From Blastocystis sp. Blastoise (Eukaryota; Protista; Bigyra: Opalinata), in contig JBBPEB010000034.1 of the NCBI GenBank assembly GCA_039096225.1, positions 434,001 through 498,000 on the forward strand: a DNA stretch of 64,000 bases. The letters run 5' to 3'. The notes under the pieces are model-generated. The model saw nothing but the letters and a program-made list of their open reading frames with translations, was not told the origin of the DNA and ran no database searches. Positions 37,071-49,730 of the stretch are shown here, piece after piece. A program made the translations under genes and the position numbers. How positions within the stretch are numbered: the first letter of the stretch is position 1; each line of letters starts with the position of its first letter.

Positions 37071-37762
37071 TTAATGTATTCTTTGACCAAGTGGAATAGA
37101 ATATTGTTGTTTCTTTTTATTTGCAATTTTTCTATTAATTTGTTTTGAGAATCCTTCTTTAGGTAATTGACCTCCTTCTTTAAGACCAAAGAATTTTACA
37201 TTTCTTCTTGGCTTATTATTATATTTATTATTATTACGATTATTATTATTATTATATCGTTGATTGAATCGTTTATTATTATATTTTGGTTTTTGTTCAA
37301 TTTCATTATCACTTGGAGCCATTTCATTATCTGAATCTATTTCTTCATTATTATTATCTTCTTCTTCATCATCATCATCATCATTATTATTATCATCATC
37401 ATCATCATCTTCTTCTTTATTATTATTTTCTAACATTTCAAAATCTTCATTAAGATCATCTTCATCATTATTATTATCTTCTTCTTCATCTATTTCTTCA
37501 TCATTATCATCATTACCATTTTCTTTACCTTCTGTAGATTGAATAGTCTTACGACCATGAGGATATAATCGCTTAAATTCTTCACTATTTTCATCAATTG
37601 TAAATTCATTCTTTTCAAATAAATCCTTAAAACGATCATCTTCAAGTAATTTTGATTTTCCATTCTATAATTAATATTTATTATAAAATTAAATACTCAT
37701 ATATAGTTTTTTTTGAGTATATAATATGAATATATAATATATAATAATAATATATAATAATA

Positions 37763-37794
<32 letters not shown>

Positions 37795-39843
37795 AATACT
37801 TTATCTTGTTCAATTTCATCAATTAATTCTTGATTAACCTTCTTTACCTTCTTACGAATATTAATTCTTTCTCCTTTCTTTTCATCAATAATCTTCTTTC
37901 TTTGTTCTTTCTTCCATTCACTATAAGCAAATGGCTCAGCTACAGATTTCACACGTTGATATAAACGATTATCCATAAAGAAACCATGCATATATGCCTA
38001 TATATATATAGTGTTTAATTACGTAATATTATTATATATGTATTAATAGTGTCTATAATAATAATAAACATAAATAATAATAAAAATAAATAATAATAAA
38101 AATAAATAAATATAATAAATATAATAAACATAATAAATATAATAATAAACATAATAAATATAATAAATATAATAATAAACATAATAATACATACTTTAAG
38201 TAATTCTGTACCAATAAGATTTTCTAATCCTAATTGTGTTAATTCAGTACGTGTAACAAATTTATAATCTTCAAAGTTACTACTTTTAGCTTCAGTCATT
38301 TCTTCTGTTAAATTATCTAAGAATGAACACCATTTAGGAGCTTCTCCTAATTCAGGTATATAATAAGACATAACTTTAGGTTGTTCACAAGCAACACATA
38401 ATAAACCACTATTAGGATAATGACAAAAATGATTAATATCAGCAGGGGTTTCTATATTCACAAGAGATTTATTCGTCTATAGAGTATATAGTATTATATA
38501 TATATTATTTTTTATATGTATTCTATAGAATAATAATAATAATAATAATAAAAACTATATTAACAATAAAAGAAAAACTTAACAAAAATATATACATATA
38601 TATACCTTATAATTCCATAATTTAACAACTTTACGATCACTACTAATAATAAAATCTTTAGTAAATTTAATACCTGTAATAGGTGTTTCATATTGATGTG
38701 TAATAGTTTGAAATGGATTCGGACTACGTAAATCATATAGTTTTATTACACCGTGATTACTACCTATTGCTATACTCATACCATCAGGAGTATAACGAAA
38801 ATAGGTCACTTCTTCTTTATTAAATACCTATATATATATATTAATTGTCGTTATTTTTATCATTTATTAAAATAAATAATATAAAATAAATAATAAAATA
38901 AATAATATAAAATAAATAATAAAAAAAATAATAAAATAAATAATATAAAATAAATAATATAAAATAAATAATATAAAATAAATAATATAATATAATATAT
39001 ACATTAATATGTCCAGCAATTTGTCTATCTCTAGGATCCCAAGCTTCAAATACTCCATTATCTCCTCCTACTCCTACTAACTGATGGGTTGGACATATAC
39101 CTAATTTATTAATACCTGGACATTCTGATTGAAAAGGAGATACAAAACAACCTTGTTCTAAATCTAATCTATATATATCATTTGAATTACCACCTATTAA
39201 TAACTCACATGTCGCCTATATATATATATAAATAATATTTTATTAAATAAATAAATATTTAATAAATATAAAAATAAAAAATAATAATATTAAAATATAT
39301 ATATATACTTTATTATAAGTCATATCTCTTCCAAATTTTGGTATTCTAGTTTTATAATGAAAACCATATTTTGCATGTATTTCTACATTACGATCAGCTT
39401 CCAATATAGCTATTTTACTAAAGTCATCACTTAAAAACTAAAAAATTATATAAATAATAATAATAAAAAATAATTATAATATATTTACTTGGAATTGAGT
39501 GATTTCACTATCAATACCACGCATAAACTTTTGAGATAATTGACTCAATTCAAAACAACGTATTGAAGGAGGATAAGAACCTAATGAATTTTTAAAAAAA
39601 TAAGTTATTATATATAAAAACAAGTATATATATACCGGAAGCAAACATATATTGACCATCAGCAGTTAATTTCACCTTTGCAGCAGCACTATTAAATTCA
39701 AAACCTTGAATAAGCTCAATTCTTGAACGATATGATTCATCTTTAGCTAATTCCTTTCGTTTTTTCTTGCTTAGAAAATCAGGAATAGGTTTACCACAAG
39801 AAAGATTATAGACTTTAACACCATTTGGATTAATAATTTCCAT
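37071..39843 (-). CDS. NOL10: Nucleolar protein 10 / Enp2 (WD40 + NUC153)
   Basis: NGVKVYNLSCGK.P.FL, RIELIQGFEF, GSYPP.IRCFELSQLS, YYIPELGEAPKWCSFLDNLTEEM, YMHGFFMD.RLY and DDRFKDLFE..F.IDE.SEEF. Confidence 0.95.
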
Positions 39844-40553
39844 TCTTCTATATACGTTGAAGAAATATTGTGCTTCTATAGTTTTGTATAAATAAAAAGC
39901 CAGAAAAATATATTTTTTTAGTTTCATGAAATTTTTAAAAGAAACCAACGATTTTATGAGATTCCCATGATTCTCATATGTGTGTGGCATTCTTGCTTAA
40001 TGTATTTTGTTAGGATGGTAAAATCTGTTTTAATTTTATCCATAGTATTCACTTAATAAGAGTTAATTCCATGAAACATTTATAGAATTCTACTTATGAA
40101 ATGTGATATTTTTGTATAATATTTCTTTAATGATGTTTGTGAAGACATTTGGATTTATTATTTGTGATTTCTTCATTATTCTTATTTATTTGATGATGGA
40201 TGATGTGAAGAGAATGGTGCATTGCTGAAAAGTTGATATTTAAAATTCATTAATGAAATGTTAGTGAAAAATGTGATTTGTTCTATTTATTTTAATAGAA
40301 AAGGTTAAAAGATATTTATGATAGAAATTAGAATAGTTTATATTTGTATATTAATAAATTATTATTTTCTATAATTGAAGTATACAGCATTGAAAATGAC
40401 AAATCAAAGTAAAAACATAAAACTGTTGAAGGAAAAATGAATAATGCATTCACACAAGGAATATATATAAATAAATAAATAAATAAGAGAGTGAATAAAA
40501 ACATTTTTAAACGTTTAAACTTTATATGAAGAGTATATGTTAATAAATATATA

Positions 40554-42284
40554 CTAATAATCACCAAATTGAACTCTCTTTTCAGTGAAACTAGAATAAA
40601 TATACTAAATCATTTTATTTACTATATATATATACCTTTCAATACTTGGTAAATCAGAAGTAGATCGTTTTAAATGTGAATACTATATATTGAATATATA
40701 TATTTAGAATATTATATCATGAATAGAGATAATATATATTATATTTAATAGATAATAATATATTAAGATATTGCATATATTTATAGAATAATATAACATA
40801 TATTATAATATAATATATATACAAGTATTTGTGCTGATCCATCAGGATCAATAAAATAGAATTCTGTTTGTTTATTTGCTTCATCTAATAGTTCTTTTAC
40901 TTTAGCAAGATTTGAAGTTTCTTTTAATATCTATATTATTCATTATTAAATAATATATATAAAATAATAAGAATAGGACTGATAATGATTATAGTTATAA
41001 TATATATAATTATAATATATATATATATACATGTGTAGCTCTTTCTTTCCAATCCTTATAATGTTCAATGGAACCAGGAATATATGAAGAAGTATCTTTT
41101 GGTTTATATATATAGAATATAGAAATAATAATATAAACAATTTATACACAAAATATTATATTTATTATGATAAGAAATCATTTATAATTATATCTATATA
41201 TATACGTTTATTATCAATAGGATTCATTAATTTGATTTGTTCAGATATAAATGAATAATCAGGAGAATCTTTAAATGATAATGTTTCTATATGTTTAAAC
41301 TATACAAAAATAAAATTATTTTTTAAAAATTATGAAAAAAATTAGTACTAAAAGAATAATAAAAAGTTTAAAATCAACTAAAAAAAATAATAACAATATA
41401 TATATTTATATACAATTTTAATAAAAATATCTTTGTAAGGTAAATTCGTTAATTTATTGATTTCTTCTTCTAAATTATTAATAAATTTTCTTTTTATTTC
41501 AACAGCTAATTTCTTATTTGAAACTGACTCATTTCTCCAAGGTAATCCCTATATATATATAGTATTCTTTTAAATAATAAAATAAAACATAATAATAATA
41601 ATAAGAATAATAAACATAATAAACATAATAATAATAATAATAAGCATAATAATAAGAATAATAAACATAATAATAAGAATAATAAACATAATAATAATTA
41701 GCATAATAATAATAATAATAAACATATAATAAGCATCCACAAACAATATCAATAAACATAAAGAGAACGCTATACATATCATCTCTTCTTCCTAATTCTT
41801 TTTCTAAATGTGAATTTGGTGATGCATATAACGTTGTACCACGAAATTGAGCTTTAGGACGAGCTATATATATATATATATATTATATATATCATTAGTA
41901 TACATTATATAATTATAAATATTATATATTATTTATAATAAAAAAATATAAAATCAATATATATATATTTATAATATAATTAAAAAAAAATAAAACTATA
42001 GAATACCTTCATAAATTAAATCATCTTTTTTCCATTGTCTACACAAACCAAAATCAATTATATATATTTTATTTTTAAGCATTCCTGTTCCAAATACAAA
42101 ATTACTAGGTTTTATATCTCTATGAATATAACCTGTATCATGTAATTGTTTTACACAACTTAATACCTATTCATAAATATATATATAATATTTGAGTATT
42201 TAAGAATACAAAAAAAAAGAATAAAAATAATATTCGATAATTAAATAAAAGATCACTTAATTCATTTATAATTTATTTTAAATG

Positions 42285-42324
<40 letters not shown>

Positions 42325-42868
42325 TTGAAGTATAATACTAGATGCAGTTCTCATATCAAATTGATGATTAGGATAAGTATCTTTTACTTGAGATATACTT
42401 TTACCTAATATTTCCATTACTAAATAATCATAACTTGGATTTGATCTATAGAAAAACAAATATTTATAAATATATAAAAAATATTTAATCTTAGTAATAA
42501 TTTAAAAGATACTGAAAATCGATCCATTTGGCGGCACACGAATAAGGTTGCATTTCTTTCAATATAGAACTCTCTGTTTGTAAAACCAATTTTAATCCAG
42601 TATCTATAGAGAATATAGCATATTTATATGTTTAAATTCGATAAATTCATAAAACATAAATAGAATCAACAATTACTTCGATGCTCAACTTTAACAGCCA
42701 CAGTAGTTGGATCAACTGCAGTTCTTGCGGTATATATTTCACTGTATGTTCCCTATAAATTTAATAAACACTGCATAGAATTAATCAACTTCATACTTTT
42801 CCTATTTTATCAAGAAGAATCCATTTATTATCAAGGACAGATCCAGGACGAATAGGAGGAACACTCAT
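40554..42868 (-). CDS. Tau-tubulin kinase / casein kinase 1 family Ser/Thr kinase
   Basis: KIGKGTYSEIY, VAVKVE, YLVMEILGKS, GYIHRDIKPSNF, IIDFGLCR, AQFRGTTLYASPNSH..ELGRRDD, GLPW and PDY. Confidence 0.9.
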
Positions 42869-43688
42869 TATCTATTTTATTATTTGAATTTTTTAAGAAT
42901 ATTGGATTTCTATTTTCAAAAAAAGGGCTTTGATGAAACAATTAGTTTTTTCATGTATTTTTGTTAGTAGAATCATGGTAATTTTCTTTCACATTTAAAA
43001 GATCATTTTATCCATTTGTAAATAATTAGTTACTGTTCAATTCGATAATATAATATTGCTTTCATGTTGTTATTATAAAGGGATGAAATTCATTCCTAAT
43101 AAAAACACAAAAAGATCATGGAATGTAAACTTAAGTCATTAGTTGTTCATAATATTCGACTTTTTAAATTATACATATATATCTTGCAAATAATATAATA
43201 AAAATGATTCATTTTAAAACAAACCATACTCATTTATGATGATACTTTAAGCTTTTATTATAAATTAAGTCATTAACTAACTTTTTGTGTTTCCGTATTT
43301 CATTTTATTCAAGGCATTTTATGAAAAAAAAAACGAAAAATAAAATGCAAGTCATGAATTCCTTCTCAAACATTGCTCTTCTACTTCTATATGATAAATG
43401 CAATCGAGAGAAATCATATTTCAGCCAAATAATAAACATGTAACGAAATTAAAACGAGTATTTGACTATAATTAATTGAGTATGTCTTAGAGATTTCTTT
43501 CAATGTTATTATTCCTACAATATTAATATGTTATAGTCTATTCTAGAAGATTTAATTTGAGTAATGGGTAAACAAAGAAATTGCTTGCTGGCAAAACATA
43601 TTCTTTCTAGAAATTTCCGTTTTTCCAAATACGCCATTTCCATATAATTATTCACTTAATCACTATACTTTTTTTTATACCCGACAAT

Positions 43689-43726
43689 AACCAATAAAAT
43701 GTCATAAACCATTGAATAGCCAATCA
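43689..43726 (+). promoter_or_regulatory. Tandem CCAAT boxes upstream of Argonaute
   Basis: AACCAATAA (43689) and AGCCAATCA (43718) about 29 bp apart, ~170-200 bp before the ATG. Confidence 0.3.
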
Positions 43727-43895
43727 AATCCGTCAATAGCATCTCTTATGGAGTTACTTCGGTTTCTTCCAGAAAACCCGACACTTTTTTTGAGACATCG
43801 CTGTTTTGCATAACTTTATTGTTTTGTGATATCAACAATTTCGTTATTTTTGAAAAGCTCTCTTTTTCACCACTATACACTAATACTAAGCAACA

Positions 43896-46543
43896 ATGAA
43901 TACCACTCAATGTTCAATTTGCAAAGAATTCAAGCCTAATTCTTGTTTTTCGAAGAATCAACTAAGAACCCAACATAAGTGCCAAGACTGTCTTGCTGGG
44001 GGTGCTCGTATACATATAAATTTACATATTGTTTAAGTCTTTGTTACTTTTTTTATAAACTTTGATCAATTATTTTTTATATTTTATTATATTTTTTCTT
44101 TTGTAGCTGCTCATAATGAGTCCAATAAACCTCAGGAAGTTAAAATTCCTGGAATGAATCTTAAAGTTCAAGTTCCTCCAGGAATGTCTGCTCCTAAAGT
44201 TCAAGGTCCTCCTGGAATGAATGCTGGTAAGAAACAAGGTCCTCCTGGAATGTCTGCTCCTAAAGTTCAAGGACCTCCAGGAATGTCTGCTCCTAAAGTT
44301 CAAGGACCTCCTGGAATGTCTGCTCCTAAAGTTCAAGGTCCTCCTGGAATGTCTGCTCCTAAAGTTCAAGGACCTCCTGGAATGTCTGCTCCTAAAGTTC
44401 AAGGTCCTCCTGGAATGTCTGCTCCTAAGAAACAAGGACCTCCAGGAATGTCTACTCCTAAACCAGTTCAATCTGTTCCAGCTCCTAAGCCAGCTCCAGC
44501 TCCAGCTGGTCCTCAAGGTGCTTGGGGTAAACCTAGAAAAGCAGCTGCTGCTACTCCTGCTGCTTCTAATTTCCCTGCTCCTATTAGTAGATCTTCTGCT
44601 GGTCCTGCTCCTATGCCTGTTTCAAGACCTGCTTGGGGTCCAAATCCATCTTCTTTATCAAATATGCCTAAAGCTGCAATTGGTAAACAAGGTCCTACTA
44701 TATCTCCTGTAGTAAGCTCAAATCAAGCCTCATTATCTTTATCCAAAGCTAATGATGCTTCATCTGCTCTTACTCAGAATAATAGAAATGTTGTTGGTCC
44801 TGTAATACCTGCTCCTTCTGAATCAAATGCTGAAGCTATTCAAGAACTTGTTGTTGGTGAAAAACAAGAAAAAACTTATGATATTGGACCTTATATGGAT
44901 GGTTGTAGACCTACTAAAAAACATGGTACTAAAGGTAAAATTACCAAAGTTGCATCTAACTTTTTTAGGGTTAAACAAACAAAAGATTTAACATTTTATC
45001 AATATGATGTAGTGTATAATGTAAAAGATAAAGAAAATAATTTTAAGAAAGTTGCTCTTCCAGCTGATAAAGCAAAAATATTATTTGAAACTATGAAAAG
45101 TACACCTGATTATTTATCTAGAGTTGGTGATCGTTATTTATTTACTGATGGTAAAGCTATTGCTTATTCTTTATTGAAATTTCAATCTTATGATGCTTTA
45201 GTATGTATTCTCTATTTTATTTTATTTATTAATTATATATATATATATTTCACGTATAGATTAGTATGAAAGAAGGTGATAAGAGTCGTGTTTTTAATAT
45301 AGTTATTACTATTACCCCTAATGTAATTGAAGTCAATAAAGATACATTAAATAAACCAGATAATGCTAAAGTATTACCTCCTATGGATATGATGCATATC
45401 TATAAACAAACACTCACTAAATCTTATTTTGGTCGAAGTGTATATGATGCTCGTTTAGGTAGTACAGTATTAGGTGCAGGTGCAGAGTTATTATGGGGTT
45501 ATTCACAAGCATTCCGTTATTGTGAAGATGGTTTATTTAATATTATGGAACCTACTGCTAGTCAATTTCATATGGGAGGTCCTCTTATGGATCTATGTAA
45601 TGATGTATTTATTTATATTTGTTTTTTTTTTTTTTTTTATATTTATTTTTTTTTTTTTATTATTATTATTATTATTTTATGTTATATATTATATATTATA
45701 TAGATTTTATTTACGGATATAAAAGTAGTAGGTAAATCTTGTCCTCCAGGTAGAAATTGTTCTTTAGAACCAAGACAAATTGAATCTTTAAAAAGTGAAT
45801 TGATTACTTTAAAGGTAACAACAAAACATTTAGGATATGAACGTAAATATGGTATTACTGGTATTTCTAATGTTGCTGCTGATAAAGATATGTATGTTAA
45901 TTTTATTTTTATTTTTATTATTATTTTTTTTTTTTAATAATTACAATATAATAACCTATATATATATATATAGGTTTGAGATAGAAGATGCTAATGGTAA
46001 TAAGAAGAAAGTATCTGTAGCTCAATATTTTGCTCAACAATATGGTATTCGTTTACGTTTCCCTGGTTTACCTTGTGTACAAAAACAAGATTGTAAATTA
46101 CCTATAGAAGTATGTAATGTACCTGCTGGTCAAAGACGTACTCAAAAAATGAATTCGAAACAACAACAAATTATGGTTAAGGTATTTATTATTATTTTTT
46201 TATTTTATTTTTTATTATTTTTTTTTTTTTTTTATTATATATTATTATTATTATTATTATATACTATATAGAGTAGTGCTATTCCTCCAGATCAGCGTAA
46301 AGAGAAGATAATGAATTATGCTAGAGGTCAAGATTATCAAGGTAATGGATATTTAGATGCTGCGGGTATTAGTATTGATAAGAATATGACTCCTGTACCT
46401 GCTCGTGTTTTAGATGATCCTACTTTAATGTATAAGAAAGGAACAAGAGATGAAGCTATTCGTGCTAAAGATGGTCAATGGAATCTTAGAGATGTTCAAC
46501 TCTATAAAACTGTTCCTATTGTAGGTTTATTTGTTATTATTAT

Positions 46544-46582
<39 letters not shown>

Positions 46583-48247
46583 CTTTTTTTTTTTTTAATA
46601 TTTTATTATATATATAAAATCCTAAATAAATAAATTAATACTATAGAAATCCTGTGGTTTACTTATATTAAATGTGCGTCGTGGTCGTCCTACACGTTAT
46701 GATTCAAATATAATTAAATCATTTTTAACAGGATTAAAATTTAGTGGTGTAGTTATCGGTGCTGATTGTTTAGCTTCTTTAGATTTACGTAGTGAAACAA
46801 ATGGTGATAGTTATGATACTATTTATAATGGTTTAATTAAAGAATATGAACGTTGTAGACGTGGTCGTTTTGGTGCACCTCAAATTATATTTGTGTTTAT
46901 GCCTACTAAAGATAGTACTATGTATAGATCCATTAAGAAAGTTACTGATAGTATTTTAAGTGTTCCTTCTCAATGTCTTGTTTGGGAACGTAATTTTAGT
47001 TCAGATCGTGGATTATCTCCTCAATATACAGGTATTTATTTTATTTATTATTTATTTTTATTTATTATTATTATGATTTTTTTTTTTTTTTTTTATAAAT
47101 CTTAATAAATACATTTAATATATCCACTTTTTCAAATAATTATAATCATAATAATATACAGCTAATGTTGCCTTAAAGGTAAATACTAAGTTAGGTGGTA
47201 TGAATACATTCTTACAAAATGATAATCGTCTTATTGTATATATATATATATATATATATATAATAATAATATAGTTATTAATATATATATATATATATAG
47301 TTCAGTAAGAATACAATGATATTAGGTGCTGATGTAACACATCCTATGAGAGGAGAAGCTGATGTTTCTATTGCTGCTGTTGTAGCTTCTGTTGATCCTC
47401 ATGCTAGTATATATATTGGTGAAGCTCGTTGTCAAAAAGCTAGACAAGAAATTATTTCTGATTTAGAAGAAATTATGGTTAGTTTATTAGGATCTTATCA
47501 AAAATATAATAATGGTAAACTTCCTGAAAAATTAATCTTTTATAGAGATGGTGTTGGTGATGGTCAATTTGGAATTGTTTTAGATCAAGAAATACCTCGT
47601 ATTTTTGAAGCTTGTAAATTTTACAATTATAGACCTCAACTTACATTTTTAATTGTTCAAAAACGTCATAATGCTCGTTTCTTCCCTCTTGATCGTAATT
47701 TCACTTCTAGAACAGGAAATGTACCTGCAGGTACTGTTGTAGATACGAATATTACTGATAGATGGGCATTTGATTTCTATCTTAATTCTCATAATGTTTT
47801 ACAAGTATATATTTATATATATAATATATTAATTATTATTATAAATATTATATATATTTTAATTGTTATTTGTTCTTATAACTAATATATATAAATAGGG
47901 TACTGGTCGTAGTGGTTATTATACATGTATTTATGATACTGTTGGTTTTAATGCTGATGATTTACAAGAATTAACATATCGTCTTTGCTATTTATTCTGT
48001 AGAGCTACAAAATCTATTAGTGTTTGTGCTCCTGCTCGTTATGCTCATCATCTTGCTTTTAGACATAGAGATATATTAGGCGTTGCCGATGGGGGTCGTA
48101 GAGGGTATTTATATATATTTATATATGTTATAAAATATTATATTTTATTTAATAATAAATAATTATCTATTTTTTTATAGTGATAATCTTAGAATTCAAA
48201 GTGTTAAAATTGATAAAACTATGTCCACAAAGATGTATTTCGTTTAA
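43896..48247 (+). CDS. AGO: Argonaute (AGO clade, slicer tetrad DEDH) with N-terminal Stc1-like zinc finger and PPGM repeats
   Basis: GTKG.ITKVASNFF (N domain), VSVAQYF..YGIRLRFPGLPC..LPIEVC (PAZ), GQWN, YRSIKK..SQC..NVALKVNTKLGG.N (MID), GADVTHP / RQEII / FYRDGVG / YAHHLA (PIWI) and terminal MYFV*. Exon 1 (43896-44007) splices in frame to 44107. Confidence 0.95.
44175..44462 (+). repeat. Coding 33-bp tandem repeat, 9 units (PPGMSAPKVQG)
   Basis: CCTCC(A/T)GGAATGTCTGCTCCTAAAGTTCAAGG(A/T) units with synonymous variation and two divergent copies. Confidence 0.95.
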
Positions 48248-48516
48248 AAGTACTATTGTCGTTCTAGTCTTGTGTTAACGGCTTTTTTTTTTAATAAGTA
48301 ATTATTGTTTTTATATGTTTTAATTCATTTTTTTTGTGTTTCCTTATTTTCATTTTATTAATGATCTTAAAGAAATATAAAGTTTATGCATTATTATGTT
48401 GTTTATTTCTTTTTGTTTAGTTTATGAAAAATATGTTATAAATATACTTATTTTAGAAGAAAAAAATAAAAATAGAATTTCTTCAAGTAATAAAAAATTT
48501 AAATTATTTTTTGATT

Positions 48517-48589
48517 GTCCGTGTAGTGTAATGGCTAACACATTGCTCTCCGGAGGCAAGGATTGTGGGTTCGAGTCCCACCTCGGACG
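48517..48589 (+). tRNA. tRNA-Arg(CCG)
   Basis: Cloverleaf: acceptor stem GTCCGTG/CTCGGAC (one T-T mismatch), D-arm GTGT/ACAC, anticodon arm TTGCT-CTCCGGA-GGCAA, T-arm GTGGG-TTCGAGT-CCCAC, G73 and a downstream T-run. Confidence 0.92.
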
Positions 48590-49225
48590 TATTTATTTTC
48601 TAGATTTAAAATGAATAGTAGTGTATATGCACTTACAAGATGTTTTATTTCATTTTGACGGAATTCAAAGCATCTATTTTTATTTTAAAATGAGTTATTC
48701 ATGCTAAAAAGAGATTTTAAATGAAAATGATCAACATTACTTTTTTTAATGATCTTTTTAATGATTTGATACTATATAAGGATAATATGGTTCAATTCTA
48801 TTTGTAAATTTAATGAAATAGCAATATTCTGTTTGTAAATTAGAATTAGATATGTTTATTGAGATAAATATATCATAAATAATTATTAGGAAATAATTAG
48901 TTTGTTTTGGAGTTACTTTGAATATGCAAGATGATTTTTAAAAATGAGTTTATATTCAATTGAAACTTGAAAATGGAAAAAACAATAAATATACATATAT
49001 TTAAACATTGAGAAAATAGAGATAACCAAAAAAAGAGTTGAAATGAAGCTGAAAAGAGTCATAATTATACAAGATAATAAAGAATAGTCACAATTTGCAA
49101 AAGTGACTAAAAGAAATGAGTTAATATATTCATCTATATACTAAAATAAACTTAAATGTTCATCTAAAAAAAGAGTAGAAATACAAAAATATATATATAT
49201 ATTTATTATTTATAGATCACTCAAT

Positions 49226-49689
49226 TTACCAAAATTTTACTTTTATCTTTTTATAATACATAATATAAGCAACTAAAGTAATAAATACCATATAACTATA
49301 GAAAAATGAAAAATAGAAATAATATTTTATTATAGAAAATGATAGTTATTGATTTGATTATTAATAGTGTAATAAAAATGATATATATATATATATATAC
49401 CAAATAAGAATAAGATAAGCTTGCCATGTAGGAACAATAATAGTTTTAAATAAATAATTAATTAAACCAGTACATACATTTGCCTATATAGATAATAAAT
49501 ATTATTATAGTTATATTATTAAAAAAAATTATATATTTATATATACAAGTAAGAAAATGAATAATTGGTTATAGTTAATAGCTTGATAAAAGATGGGTAT
49601 ATATAAATTTTCAACAAGAATATTTACAAGAAGTGCTAAACCTGCATAAGTACCGCCACAAGCGACAGTTAATAAGACATAGGCAGCAT

Positions 49690-49730
<41 letters not shown>

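Noticed and set aside
40125-40230. C/D-like boxes (ATGATG..CTGA) between NOL10 and the kinase
   Set aside because: No recognisable guide or terminal stem; compatible with chance.
44175-44462. CRISPR-like array
   Set aside because: Direct tandem units without unique spacers, in frame within a eukaryotic exon.
44070-44712. Antisense RSRHSRR ORF and alternative-frame LLECLLLK ORF
   Set aside because: Shadow frames of the 33-bp Argonaute coding repeat.
40554-48247. Functional pairing of the head-to-head CK1-family kinase and Argonaute
   Set aside because: This Argonaute lacks the Ser cluster in the C-terminal PIWI loop (it reads DILGVADGGRRGDNL), and adjacency in a compact genome is weak evidence.
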